From NCBI GenBank assembly GCA_028534125.1, contig CM052816.1, forward strand, positions 82,090,001-82,150,000: 60,000 nucleotides of DNA, read 5' to 3'. This DNA is from Lama glama. Lineage: Eukaryota. How positions within the stretch are numbered: position 1 is the stretch's first letter; each line of letters begins with the position of its first letter. The position numbers were made by a program, and so were the translations under genes. This document shows positions 24,496-39,389 of this stretch, piece after piece. The notes under the pieces are model-generated. The model saw only the letters and a list, made by a program, of their open reading frames with translations, did not search any database and was not told the DNA's origin.

Positions 24496-25773
24496 TCCCT
24501 GACACCATACACAAAAATAAACTAAAAATAGATCAAAGACTTAAACATAAGACAAGACACAATAAACCTCCTAGAAGAAAATATAGGCAAAACATTATCT
24601 GACATACATCTGAAAAATGCTCTCCTAGGGCATTCTACCCGAGCAATAGAAATAAAAGCAAGAATAAACAAATGGGACATAATGAAACATACAAGCTTCT
24701 GCACAGCAAAGGAAATCATAAGTAAAACAAAATGACAACCTACGGAATGGGAGAAAATTTTTGCAAATGAAACCGACAAAGGCTTGATCTCCAGAATATA
24801 TAAGCAGCTCATATGACTTAATAAGAAAAAAACAAACAACCCAATCCAAAAATGGGCAGAAGACCTAAACAAGCAATTCTCCAAGGAAGACATACCAATG
24901 ATCAATAGGCACATGAAAAAATGCTCAATATCACTAATTATTAGAGAAATGCAAATCAAAACTACAATGAGATATGACCTCACACCAGTCAGAATGGCCA
25001 TCATTCAAAAGTCCACAAATGACAAATGCTGGAGAGGCTGTGAACAAAAGGAAACCCTCCTACACTGCTGGTGGGAATGCAGTTTGGTCCAGCCACTATG
25101 GAAAACAGTATGGAGATTCCTCAAAAGACTAGGAATAGACTTAACCATATGACTCAGGAATCCCACTCCTGGGCATATATCCAGAAGGAACCCTACTTCA
25201 GAATGACACCTGCATCCCAATGTTCATAGCAGCACTATTTACTATAGCCAAGACATGGAAACAGCCTAAATGTCCATCAACAGATGACTGGATAAAGAAG
25301 TGGTATATTTATACAATGGAATACTACTCAGCCATAAAAACCAACAACATAACGCCATTTGCAGCAACATGGATGTTCCTGGAGAATGTCATTCTAAGTG
25401 AAGTAAGCCAGAAAGAGAAGGAAAAATGCCATATGAGATCACTCATATGTGGAATCTAAAACAAAAACAAAACATAAATACAAAACAGAAACAGACTCAT
25501 AGACATAGAATACAAATTTGTGGTTGCCAGGGGGATGGTGGGTGGGAAGGGACAGACTGAGATTTCAAAGTGTAGAATAGATAAACAAGATTGTACTGTG
25601 TAGCACAGGGAAATACATACAGGATCTTGTGGTGGCTCACAGTGAAAGAGAATGTGACAATGAACGTATGTATGTTCATGTATAACTGAAAAATTGTGCT
25701 CTATACTGGAATTTGACACAACATTGTAAAATGACTATAACTCAATAAAAAAAGTTTAAAAAAATAAAATAAA
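24496..25773 (+). mobile_element. 5'-truncated L1 (ORF2 C-terminus, 3' UTR, A-tail), ~1.28 kb, antisense to CDH6
   Basis: ORF fragments [30 protein letters not shown]...[22 protein letters not shown] and [20 protein letters not shown]...WYIYTMEYYSAIK match the L1 ORF2p Cys-rich C-terminus, here disrupted by stops and frameshifts. AATAAA plus A-tail at 25744-25773. TSD TAAGGAAGG at 24487-24495 and 25774-25782. Confidence 0.96.
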
Positions 25774-28319
25774 TAAGGAAGGGAAGGAAAGGGCCTGGTG
25801 GAGCACACCACCTTCCAGCAATGTGGGAAAGCTGCTGACTTCTGAGCAGTCAAAGTGCAGGAGAACCACACGGCAAGCAGTAATCAGATATGCAGGCTAT
25901 TTTGTAGGCATCAGGAAGTTAACTAAAATGACAAAAAAGCAAGGGCATACATAGACACTGAATTTTAAAACAGCAGATCTGAATATTCGATTAGGAAAGA
26001 TCAGAAGATTAGACAGTGGGAGGGGAAAGAATACAACACAGATGTTGTACCTTTTTGCCTCCATCTCCTCATGGCATTAACAGCAAATCAGATAAAAATA
26101 TCAAAAACTCTAAAAATAAAACTCAAACTGCCTTATTACAGCCTAGCAATGAACTTAGAAGATTACTTAATAGGCCATTTCTCTACTTTTATTATTTGCT
26201 GGAATCTGTTTTTTTTTTGGGGGGGGGATTTCTATTTCTTATAGGTAATTGTATGCTCTGAAATTTGATATGCAAAAGTGGTTGCTCCAGAAAAATAGTT
26301 TGAATCTTTGCAGAAGCCTTTTTTTAGTGATGTGTAGAAGGTAATTAAATAAGATGTTTATGGAGAGTGAGGCAAAGCCCACATAGCATTGATAATTGCA
26401 TACTTTGAAAATTTATTTGCCTGGCAGCCAATATGCATATATACTTCATTCTTCACAAGAGTGCATAGTCAAGTCCAGCTTTTATTTAATGCATGCCAGT
26501 TAGAAGGAGCCTGGGCCTCATTAATTCAGGTTCTACCAATTTAGAATATGTGATAATTAATGCAGAAGCTGGGCTGAAGTTTTCCTTTGATTAGCAAAAT
26601 CTTTTCCTCTAGATTATTGGAAATTAATAATGTAAAAATACTTCATAGGATATATAGAATGAGAAGACAAACTACAATGTCTTCAAGTTCCCTGGAGTAC
26701 TTTGGAATCACCTTTTATTTGCAAATAATGAATATGCTAATTAGAAAACTTCTCTATTGATTGAATTACTTCTCCAGTGACTTATGCTTGATAGCAGCCT
26801 GAGTGACTCAACTATATTATCTGGTTTTGAGATACTGATTTTATTATACTATTTACAGACAAATGAATAAGTAAATATTAGACAGATTTAAAAGCAATAT
26901 AATCACTTTAAAGTTTTAGAATTCATACTGAGCATACAATTGTCTTGGTGTTCTTGATTAATTCTAATCAGTGCAATGTTACCTTCATGCTACCTAGGCT
27001 TACAAATTAAACCAAGTACACTCATTCTTTGGTATGCAGAGACTTAACTTTGGCATTGAAAGCACAGTAAGCATTCAATAAAGCAACATTATGAATATAC
27101 TTGAACCATTTACCATTGTAAGAGAATGTTTTAAAATCTGTTATGAAATTGTTTCTTCAAATAAATGGTGTTGCACACAAATACTGTAGCGTAGCACTTT
27201 GCATGATACTGTTCACAGAAAACATTTCTGAAAATACTGTCTACCCATGTCGCCCTAACCCACTGGTATAACCCATCAACAATGCTTTTCACATACACAT
27301 CATAAATCCCTTACTCATTTTTGGTACTTCTCACATTCTGTCATCACGGAGGTAGAAAACAGCTGGTTATTTACAATTATTTAACATTTCTCCTGACTCT
27401 ATTGGATTCCTACTCTGAGCCTGAAATCTCTGCAGTCCCACACTGTCTTTGGGTACAGTGGGGGTGAGGATGGTATTTACTCCATTAAAACCTAGCAAAA
27501 TCAAAGAAACAGAACTGTGATATCAGGATGGATTAAATTGTGAAGCCAAAGGGTCACACATCTTCCTACAAGGAAATGTTTAAAATACATATATACATTC
27601 TTTATTCAGCAAGAAGAGTTTTACAGCCAATTAAGTCTGTCCATGATCAATTTTCTGATCACCCAAGAAACTTTGTTTTGAACAGGTTGCCACCCGCTGT
27701 GAATAAAAGTAAGTCTATAGGGTATGGCTGACCTTCTAGAAATGGTGACATAAGGATAGAACCAATTTAAAATTTTTGGTAGAGATTTCATATGAAGTCT
27801 TCATTTCTAAACCTCCATTTCATTTTTCTGTAAATGTCAAAGTCACTGTTGAGTAAAATTGGTTCTGTTTCGTGTGTGTAATGAACTCCACTGAAATGTG
27901 TCAAACAGCCTTGGCATCTTTCATCACGTAGCATTCCTCTTGTGCCAATGGATCATTATGGCAACAGCCATCAAATGATGCCTGAATTTTTTGTAAATGT
28001 TTATATTTGTGGATAATATGCCAATCTGTTTGCAAACGGATGTGTTTCCAGATGAAGCTATTTCAACAGTATTACCCTTGTTCTAAAATCATATTCCACA
28101 CATTGCATTAATGAAGATAAAATCAAATGTGTTACAGCGCATAAAATGGTGTTTTATATGTAGCTGAGGCTCAAGGAATATTTGTTGATTTGAAATACTC
28201 ACTTGGGACAAAAAACCCAAAAACTTGAATAAAAAAACCAAAAAACAAAAAACGCAGCTCTTTTTCCACATGGGGGTGGGGCAGACAGAGGCCAAACTAT
28301 TTTATCATAAGAGAAAGAA

Positions 28320-28500
28320 TCAGAATATGGTTAAGAACAGACTCTGGCATGCCACACTCTGGGTTAGACGCTCAGCCCCACCCAACCCTGGCTGGGCAAG
28401 TGGAGGACCAATGTGTGTCTCCATTTTTTAAATCTATAAAATGGAATATTAATAGTACCTACCTCAGACTTCATGAATGAGTCCATGTGAGGGCTTAGCT
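28320..28500 (+). mobile_element. MIR SINE
   Basis: atggttaagaacagactctgg...ctataaaatggaatattaatagtacctacctca. Confidence 0.65.
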
Positions 28501-29463
28501 ATTAAGATGGCCACAACCACCTAAAGTGTCAAAGAATATCTTAGCAGAGGACACACTTCGCCTCTTGCACATTTCTTGTTTTGTCTTTCACAATTGAGAA
28601 ACTGAAGTCAGTTGCTAATCTTTAAAGATCAGTACATGCCCATATCCGGCTTCAGGTGAAACCTCAGATACTCTGGTGACCTCTTCATTTCTGGAGTGGC
28701 GGGGGCTGGCTCCTGAAGCTGGCACTTCCCTACGACCCTCACTGGTGCCTGTCCACTGTGTGTTTCACTGCCATTCAACTGCCTTTTCCCATCTCAGGTT
28801 CTCCATGGTTTTCTTAAACCTCCTTGCTTCCTTCCTTTGTGGGTCCTGCCTGGCCCCTAAGTGCCTTTGGGCTTGTGGAGTCTGTCTTTTCCCAAAAGAT
28901 TTACTCATGTGAACAAAGGAGAAGGGAAAGCATTGTATGCCTTTAATCAGCTCTTCATGGTATGAATTTTAAACATTTCTGTAGCAAAGTATATGTTTAG
29001 GCTGCAGAAATGTATGAAAGACTTGGTTTCCTCTCTGCTTGTACATTAGGCTCTCTGGTAGCTTCGTTAGTTTTTTTGAATGCACAGCCGTCTAGGACCA
29101 CGAAACTTGAATAAGACTGCAAGGTGTCAAAACCCACTTGCACATTAGTGCAATAGCTCAATGAAAGGGCAGCCTGAGTGTATTGGCTGGGAGCTACAAA
29201 GGTACCTTATCGGGTGGGAGGAGTTCAAAGCAGATTCAACTTTATTAAATTGCAAAAGGAGTCACATAGTTGGGTATACCATTAAGTCACTGTGAAACCT
29301 GGCACATCACAGATGATTTTTAAAGCACTCACGTCAAGTGCTATGAGGAGTGGTGACGCTGTATTTATTCTTGCTGACATAATGTCTAAGCCTTTATCAA
29401 TTATATGAAGTCTAGATCATAACAATGGTTAAACTTGCTGTCTTCTAAACCTAAACTTACTCT

Positions 29464-29670
29464 GAGCTAGGCCCTGTGCTTAAGCACATCACAAATTTGT
29501 TTTCATTTAATTCTCATGACAATCTGTGAGGTGGATACTATTCTTATAACTTCTGTAGATGAGAAACTGAAGCTTAGAGAGATGGGGTAACTTGTCCAAG
29601 GTCATGCAATGAGTACTTGATGAAGCCACCTAGCCCTGCCATCAGACTCTGGAAGTCCTCACTCTGAACT
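29464..29670 (-). mobile_element. MIR SINE
   Basis: tcatttaattctcatgacaatctgtgaggtggatactatt...gatgagaaactgaagcttagagag...taacttgtccaaggtcatgca. Confidence 0.75.
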
Positions 29671-32600
29671 CACTCTGAGTCACAGGCCAGGCTGCTGCCC
29701 ATGATAAGTGCGACTGTGACTTTAGAACTGAGTCTTCGACTCCCCTAAAAATATAACCATAACACAGATTGCTGAGAGGTAAAAACAGTTGTCAAAAATG
29801 TATAAGCTTAAGAAGAACAGAAACAAAGTTTGCTTTGTGTCCTGCAAGGGGGTAAACGTGCGATCTGAAACAACAATTCTTTGAGATGGAGACCATCTCT
29901 CTTAGCCTCCATTCTGGAGACAAGAAACACAGGCTTGGAGGCACTGGATGCTCTGCCCAAGGGTGCACAGCTAGCAGTTGGCAGAACTTGGATCAAACCC
30001 AGCTAATGGAGATTAACCATGGCATTCACTATCTCATTTGTATTTTGCTCATGGGAACAGCATCTAGGTTTTATTTATTCTCATTTCAGACAAAATTTGA
30101 ACAAATTTATCATCAAGTTTCTAAATCCCCAGCAAATTAAAGGGATGGTATAAGGAATGCTGGAGGCTGGAGTAGCAATATTAGTAGGAGGTGGTGGCTG
30201 AAAGGCACAGAGTGTGGCTTCTAAAGGCAGACAGAAGAATTAAAGAAAGAACGGACAGAGTCAGGGGCTGGCCCTGGGGGACAGGCGACAACACTCGTGT
30301 TCCCATGCCGAGAACAGTGTCTACAGCTAGTGACACCAGATAAACATTTGTGAAATAAGTGACTGCATGGATGAACGCATGAGCGACGGATTGTAAGAAT
30401 GACTAAACGCGTGAACTGATGTGACTAATGACTGTTAAGAATGGGCACAGGAATATTTCACGGCACTTGAGGAGACCCAGCACATGAATATTCATTATGA
30501 CGACTTTGAATCATTAAGAAAAGTTCCAAGTTCTGCTGAATGTTTGGTTTGGGAAGGCATGGCTTTGTAGAATAAATACAAGCAAAATGACGGTCAAAAG
30601 TTACGACAGTGGTGTTTAGAACGGCTGGGGGTTAGCCCTCACTGTCTCTCTTTCTTCCTTCCCATGTTATTCATCTCAGGCAGGCACTTCCACCTCTCGG
30701 AGCTTTTGTTTCTCCCGTGTGAAATGAGGGCTGGTGTGCTAATACCCAGGGATAAAACAGCACCACGGCTAGAAGCACACTCTGAGCCAGTTCCCCCACA
30801 TGTATCCCAGCGTCAATCGTGTTAGTCTTGAGAAGTTGGCAAGCGACTTGATGGGATGTGCTTCAATTTCCTCCTTTCCGAATTGGGGCTCGTAAAGTTT
30901 TAGGGTCTGAGTGGAGGCACCTGATAAACAGCACTTCTCTCCTGAACTACAAAGAAATTAAGAAAACAAGGACACCAACAACAAAGGAGCATATTCAGGC
31001 AGGGCTCCCCGCGAGGCAGGGTTAAATTCTATTTTGCTTTTCTCTCGCAAAAGCAGAAGCCGCTGCTACCTCTGGATAGCAGGCTCCAATTCTATGGTTC
31101 AGAGCCAGAAGGAATGACTTTCTGCTCCCACGCCTGGCCCATTCAAGTACAGTACCCAGAGAACACTTTTTGAAGAAAATGATCAGGCAGAATCTGTTTT
31201 AATCCCCAGGAATTAAAAAAAGATCATTAGAGACATCAGTGATCCTGAGAGCCAGTAAATCACTTATTAATTACCAACAATTCTTGTACTTAAAGCTTTG
31301 CTTTTTGGAGTTGTTTATAGCATCACTAAAAGGAAAAAAGTATGAATAATTTAAAGGCTGGGAGTTTAAAACTTCCCTTAAAATATCTTTTGCTACAGGT
31401 CAATCAATGCATTAGAGGCAAAATGAATTCCTTTCCATCTCTCTTCACCTTTCCCATAACCCCCATTCCCTCAGCACACACAGAGAAACACGGCAGAAAG
31501 GGATGATGTGCTTTGGACATTTTACCTGTTAACACTGAAAAGCTACAGTGGCTCTTCTCACCCAAAAGAATAGCACTATTCACGGAGGTGTAACCCTTCA
31601 CACTAATTTATAATGGGAAAAAATAATTGAAGCCCCATTTGATATTTGGATAGCTTCATTCATTCAGTGTGTTTTATGCAACACTTTATTTGCAGAGGAT
31701 CCATAACCTAAATTAAATCCTTCTCATAATATCCTGGTGTAATAACTTAGAAGAAATTTAATTAAATAAATATCGTATAACAACTTCAAGAGGTACTGCA
31801 ACGCTTAAAGGTTTATTCCCTGAGACTTAACTAAAGTAGAAGGGGGCCTGTGAAACTGGGGACATATTAACCAACTCAGGCTAATGTTAACTGACCATCA
31901 AATTAGACTTGAACTAGAAAGGAAGACAATGTGCTTGAATGGGTTGCTGGATGTTTTATCAATTTTGATTGCCTTCATTTAAAAACTTTAATTAGAACCT
32001 CTGTTTACTTGAGTCAAATTGTGCATAAAATATCATGCAAAACATTTTAAAAGGGAATTTTAATTATACCACTAAAGAAATGCCCTTGTTCAATGTTTAC
32101 TAAACACTTGCCAGAACAAGTTAATTAATACATGTTTAAATTAGTGAAAGAAGAAGAAGAGAAACAAAGAAAAAAATCACATTCATCTTCTGTCAAGTTT
32201 TACTGCAGTTGTCAAAGAAGTTCAGTTTCTAATTTAACGACTGCACTATCACAGTGTACATGTGTAATTACACACAACGGTGCACCAGAACACAACAAGG
32301 CCAGCACAAAGCTAATTTCCACTGGTGGTTATTGTTAAAAATAATTGTGCATTGTTACTTGATGTTCTGCAGTCACCAAATCAAGCATTTTTTCAGTCAT
32401 CCATCTATTAATTTTTCCACGGTAGAAAGTCAGAATATTCACATGTTACTTTTTTAATAATACTTTTATAATAGGTCAGTAATATGGCCTTTTACTTGTT
32501 TAAAGCTACAGATAATTACTACAGAAATAGCTTAATATGTAGAAAAAGAAAAATTTTGATGTTACTGAGTTTTTAGTTTCAGTTTGAATATGCCACCAAC

Positions 32601-35600
32601 TTCTCGGCTTTATCTTTTCAAAATCCTCATTTTCCCCATCTATTAATGTAAACAATGACTGCTTGTGTCAGTAAAGAGAGATATTGGGAACCAGTTGATA
32701 ATCTACTAGAAAAACAGAATGAAATCAATCTTTCTGGGGTATGCCCTGTTATCTCAGTAGCTTTATGAAAACTCAGAAGGAAAAGTATCCAAAATAATTT
32801 TGAAATCTTTTGAAGAATGAAAATGCACATATCCCATTAATGGTCACTACCATTAATAAGAAATTTATTCTTTTAATCAGTATACCCCACATCAGTCCTA
32901 TTATAGTTTGCCCCTGTATTGTTGAAGCTGATCATCAAATTTCTCAAATCCTCTAAGAAGCCACAACCAGTGCAAGTCTGAGACATGACACTGACTTAGG
33001 AGCAGGCCTCCCTTAAGTGTTCTATCTGAAATTCTACTGATGGGCCTGGTCAATCAACTGATTTGTTATGAAAATTAAATTTGATACAATATGTAAAACA
33101 CTTATGCACTGCCATGTAAGCAGGCAATAAATATTAGCCAGCATGGCTTTTGATATCGTTGCTTACCAAGTGCTGATCTAACGCAGTGCAACAATAGTAC
33201 ATTTAACAATCTGCTGTCTTGGGGCCACTTAATATTAGTAAAAACCATGAAGTCAAAATATCATGAAATGCAGCTGATTTGAAAAACAAAACAAAACAAA
33301 ATACCTTTTCCTTCTACGTATTATTTTCCTTTACACTCAGAAAAATGCATGTTTGGTACTTAAGCATGCTACTGACTTGCTCTGTGATTTCAGCTGGCAG
33401 GGGAAACAGAATTTCCTAATGTATTTTTCCTAATAAAATAAAAAACCTGAAGTGCCAGCATATTTGCACACCTACCAATTATGAAACAAGTTTCCTTGGA
33501 TATTAAAACTAAGCCAAGATATAATTTAGTCCTATAAAACACTGTCAAACTCGGCTATAGTTCCTTTCGGAGCATCAGGAATTGTTATTTAATTAGCAAT
33601 TGATTAGTGGACTTTAATGTAACTGTTGTTTTTTTTTTTCCCACAACACAGTCGAAAGTTTTTGGAAAATGAGCATTTTTCTCCATATGAAGAAAAGAAG
33701 TACATATATATATTTGTTTTTTTAAAAGCATCTGAGAGTCAAGTGTTTCTGACATCCTGAACTTGAGATGTTGCAGCTCTGTCACTGGTGCAGAATTTCT
33801 TTCAGATGACTGTAAATAAAAATCAGGTATCCATGGTTATAAATACTCCACTTCACATTTTCCTCAGCAACAGCAAAAAATTTCAATTAATTGAATCTCA
33901 GCCAACTACAAACAATGCCAGAAGTGCAATTCTTGGTGCTCCAGGTCATGGGCAACTACTAATTAAGATGCGAAGGATCAGCATTAGAGGCCCCCAATAC
34001 AGATTTTTGTCCCAGAGTTTTTTTTTTTTTGATAGATATGGACTGAAATATCTATGAAATGCAGCTTCAGCTATATGGGAAAAGAGGAAATTGGGTACGA
34101 TCTTTATTTTGCTTGCTCTGGAATTTTTGATAAAGTTCTGAATTGTCACTTTTGATAATGAAAATGATTATTTTCACTTCAGGATTTTTATTTATAGAAA
34201 AAAAAGCCACCTCTTTGCATTTCATGTTACTTCTATTTTTAGGGAACACCAATTCAGTGATTTCCCAGTGGAGAGATGGAGGGGAAGACAAAAATCTTTT
34301 AAAATGGTTAAAGCCACCAAATGTGAAATTTGTGAACTATGATATACCTTATTTAGAAGTTTCCCCCAAATCACTGGCCAAGAGGCTAATAGAAATGTGT
34401 GTCCACACTCTTTCATAATATCTAGATTTGCTGGCAGTAAAATTTTATGTGTGTTTGTGTGTATATGTTTTGCTTTCTGAGATGTAGGTAATTTCTTCAT
34501 GTTACTTTATGGTGGCTGAGTTCAAACAAGAAGAATTCTGAGAAAAAGATCAGTACAACTTGTTAGCTTCCCAATTTATCATCCACCTATACAAGATTTA
34601 ATGGTTGTGTTAACCCAGAGTCTCAAGAATAATTATAGTCTAAAACAAGTCCTTAAAGTAAAGAGATGAAAAGAACTACATAAAGGGAGGGCTGTCATGA
34701 AACAGAAATTGCACAAGCCAGGGAACTTTCATCGTGTTGAGGAAGTACTTTACTATGGGATTCTTTTTTAAATTAAGGTGTCTGGCAAGTTAGATGAAAA
34801 TAAAATACGTATGATTAGCAGGGAATACCTTGGCTGAGAGTAGCTGGGATATGAGTGGAGAAAGGACCGAAAAGTGTTTTTTTTTCTTTTCCCCCAAGTC
34901 ATTACCAGCTTTAGTTCACAGAAAAGTTATTTCAGATACTCGCTTTGAAAGACTGCTTTGAGGTCTGCTTTTAATTTGAACAGTTAAATATCGTATTCAT
35001 GCCAATGAGTCTTTTTTCTTGTTTTAATATCATTAGGAAGAAAGCCTCCCAGGCCTGAGTGAATAGTGTAATTGCTTAAAAGAAGAAATACATAGCATAC
35101 ATATTTAATAAAAACCTTTTAAACAATTTCCTTATGTTGGCTAGGCACCTTTGTTTACAAAAGATAGACTTTTAGTATTTAAAAAACCAAACTACAGTGA
35201 ACCATATGGAAAAATCTCCAGAGTAAGATTTTAGCAAATAACCTCTCATAGCCTCTCTGGTTTTATCTGTTTAGGTTGCAGGTCAGTTTTACAGGATCCT
35301 TAAGGTTGCTCATACAGTTAGAGTAAGCCACACCCTCTAACTCTGAAAAACTCCTAAGAACAAGATAGGGATCATCATAAAACCCTGGTCATAAATTCCA
35401 TAAGGTAAGTGCTTTAAAATTTCTCATGTCTTCAAATGCTTCCCCAAACTGAAAAAATATTTGTTTTCATGAAAAGTAAAAGAAAAAAACAGAATGCACT
35501 GCTGCTTTTCAGAGCTCAACAGATTGCTGTCTGCATGCACGACATTTCCCACTGCTTCTAACTAAAAAGAAATGACTTTGGCACTTTATCTGTTTGATGA

Positions 35601-38600
35601 GAGATTGTTACTGCAATTGCCCTATGAGACATCAAGCCACCTGTCACAGCATCCCTGGCTGTTATTTTTTTTTTTTTTGTCCAAGGCAGTCCTCTCCAGT
35701 CAGCGTGGGGATTGGAAACCAGGGTGCTACCAACAAAAGTAGCTGGAGCATTCTGGCTAAGAGAATGGGCTTTGGAATAGCTGGATATAGGGTGAAAATT
35801 TTATTTACTTGCATGACTTTGAACATGTTACATAACCTTTAAAAGTTTTAGCCTTTCACCTTACACTGAGGAAGATTATATTCAGGTCCCAGGTTATTAA
35901 TGGGGAGATTGAATGACAGGGTGTGCAGAAGGAGCAGATACATAGCAGCTATTATTAGGTCATATTTTGGGTAAAGGTCTGATGAATTGATGACTTTTCA
36001 GACTTTTTCATTTTCATAATGGCTTTTCAGAGATGGTAGCTAGCTGACCCTCCATCTTTTCTGCAAAGATGTCCTGAGTAAAGATTCCTTGGAGGTATAA
36101 AGGCAGGAACCAATGTGTGGAGTTTATTGAAGTCTTCAGTTTTATCTTAAATCCTTAAGCACATTTTGTGATCTACTCAATAATAGATCTAAATTATCTT
36201 ATTACCAAAATTATTCTTGCCCCTCAAATTTTCTTGTAAATCTGCTCTGGTTGTTACCCTCATACTGTGGTAGTGCCTGGCCTCTGCCACCATGCTGGGC
36301 ATGAGAACAGCCAGTCTGGGGCAGGCTGGAGAAAGACTAGGCAACCTACACTTCCGTAAACTCTGCTTTCTGGTGCCTTTGTGCAGATGATGGGGTCGGA
36401 GGGGCGCTCCGTCTCTCTGACCACCCCATCTCCTTGCAAAATGAAAGACAGATAGTATTGGTTCTTAGGTATGGATTATTCTCACCCTTTTAATTTAAAT
36501 TTTTAGCTGATTTGGCTGAGAAATGGGGTGCAATGGGGGTGCAGGTAGAGGTAGACGATGGAGAACAAATTTCCAACATTTAGTGAAAAATTAAGGAAGC
36601 TATTAAGTGGTAAAACGTGCCACTCCATGTTGCCCCCTACACATCCCTATTTGGCAGTCCACTAAGAAAACATTTAAGATAGATTTAGAGTCAGTGGTTT
36701 AGGAATGATGGCATATGCTCAGTAGAGGTTGAATCTCATCCTATAAATCATGGGAAACTTGTAGGTAACTTTGCAGATTAAGTGAGAAGGAAGATTAAAT
36801 ACATGGTTTGGGGGTGGCTTGCTATGCAGACAACTGGATTCTTCGCTTAGGCTCAATAACATTTCTTATAAGTAAAATCCATGATGATAGTAAGTCATTG
36901 CTTAAGACATAAATAAATAATCCAAGGTCTAAATAATAGAATTATTGTTGCTATCAGTTCTCAACCTTGTGTCACTCTGATAGGTTAAACAACCATTCAA
37001 CTTAAAAATAAAGCCTCATAATATCCCCTGTTCACCATCAGCCCTCTGACCTCATGAGCTGGGACACACAGGTTGCAGGTGTTAGAGGTAGGATGGTGCT
37101 TGTTAACATCTCATCCTGGACAAAGGCCAACGAGGCAGATGGGAGGGAGGGAGAGAAAGACAGAAAGAGTAAGGGCAAACTCTGTGGTGGTTCATTTACA
37201 ACTGTAACTGGGGCAAGGCTCGAAATCAAAATGTAAATTTATCTCCCACTGTCTGTGTACATTTCGTTCAGTGGTAGTAACATTTACTTGTTCCTAGGGC
37301 CATGACACGCTTGGCCTTTCTTCCTTCACAGATGGGCTATGGTCTCAGTTTGGTGGTTGGACTGTGTCATACACATACTAAGATTAAGCCAGACTCAACT
37401 TAGGTGAATCTTCCCTCCTCAGCCCGGACTTACTTCCTGCTGGAAAGGGATACGGTCCTTCTGCTCCCTCTCTCCCAGCCCCTCGCCTCCAATTCGTGAG
37501 CTTCAGTTTCTGCTCCTTGTCAACCTTGATGTTGTTAGTAGGGAGTAAGGGACAGGTGGTGCGACAGTTTGTTCTGTTTTCTGTGCCTGTCAAATTGTTC
37601 AAGCTGATGTTTCTGGATGGCTCAGTTACACAATTAAAATGAACTTTCCTTACTTGGGCCACTGTGATGGGCCCCTCAAAGGTTCACTACCTCTGGCCCC
37701 TCTTCTACAATTCCCTTGCTCCAGGCATACATAGTTTTATTCAAGATGGCTAAAAGGACATTTTCTGCAGCACCTGGACACTTTCAGTCTCCCTCTGCTG
37801 AAGTCACCTGCTTCCTCCGGGCAGCCCTATTGTGTAGAGCTCAAGATGACCCCCTGCCATTTCCTCCCCATTTGGCCCACATGTGTTCCCAGGAAACACT
37901 CATACATCTGTATCCTGGCAAACTCCAGCCCATCCCAGTGAGGCAGACCGCCCTTGGCTCTATGGCCTAAGTAGTGAGTCAGCCCCTCTCTTACACCCAA
38001 TTCACAGCCTGCTTTCCCTCCCTCCAGTGTGAGTCAGGAAATAGTCCCCCTCTGTGTCTCCCAACTACAGGGAAAAACATCTGTTAGCTCTCTGAGTGGT
38101 CCCATCGATGCCTCTCTTATTACTGAAATTTCCCTGGATTAGGTTTAGGATTGGAAGGTAGTAGCTCTTCTTACAAGAAAGGATGGAGACTTGGCAATGA
38201 CAGACCCCTTCAGTAACCTCATCTCCAAATCCTCACTCTGACCCACCTTCATCTTCCCCACTCGGTGAGGTTTGCCTTCACGCCATTTATAAATTCTGCA
38301 CATGATGGGAGTTGAACCTACATCTTTGTTGCCCATAGTATCTTGGTAACTCAGTTTCAACAGAGTTAGGTAACATCTTCATCCTTGCTATACACAGATC
38401 TGGCTTAATTCACTTAGAACAATAAGCAAACCCTCCTGATAACTAAAATTAAAAATATATGAACATGGTGCCAAAATTAAGTCACTGCAATGCATTTAAC
38501 TTTTCTGGAAGGTAATCTAGCACTTAAAAGTTTGATTTGACCATAAAAACAAGTCTGTACAAAATCAGTATGAAACTGTCATAAAAAGAAGTGAACTTTA

Positions 38601-39389
38601 AAAGTGCATCAAATTCACATCATGAACTTTTTCTTTAAAAGTGATATTTATAGGCTTGGTGCCAATCCCGTGAGTAAAATCTAAAGCAAACATTTCCTTT
38701 GCACATTTTCATGCGATGTCTTTGAAAATGTTGACCAGAGAGTGGATAAGATACTGGTTTGTTTTAAAGATACATAGCAAGGTTCCAGGTTTGGGCATGA
38801 GCTGTGTTTACCTCTGGGATTCCAGTGGGTCTGGATGTGCCTGGCAGACTATTGGGGTCAGCCTGCCCAGAGTCTGTGAGCATGAGACACCATGATGCCT
38901 CCCAGAGAGAAACCATCCTCAGGGAGGGAAGTGTCAAGCAGACAAGCTTAAACCTGTAATGAAGCCTCAGCCATCACACGGGAAGGATACTTCTGAGCAC
39001 AGTACGACGCTGCCATTTGGATTTGTCCCTTAGGGACCCAGGTCTGAGTCCTAGGGAGGAGGCAGCTGCAAGCAGAAACTGAAAGGGCTATTTTTCACTA
39101 AAGTCTTCTGAAACACTGAAGATTCGGATGACCTGAATATCCCCAAACCCCAGTTGCTCCTTGTGTCTTCCTAGTTGGAAGAAGCAACTCCTCCTCTGTC
39201 TGTTGAGACTGATACGGTTTTGCTTGGGGACAGTCTAGAAATCCTAAATCGGGATAGTTTCCTTGCAAGGGGATGCCAATCCTTGTCATGTCTCCACCTT
39301 ACTAGCCCTCAGTGCCTCTGAACCTGTATCCGAAAGAAGACCTCAGCAAGCTCCATGGGGCCAATTACAAAATCAGACCCAGGAGAAGA

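Noticed and set aside
24522..25004. 160-aa minus-strand ORF
   Set aside because: Antisense reading of L1 ORF2, a common spurious ORF.
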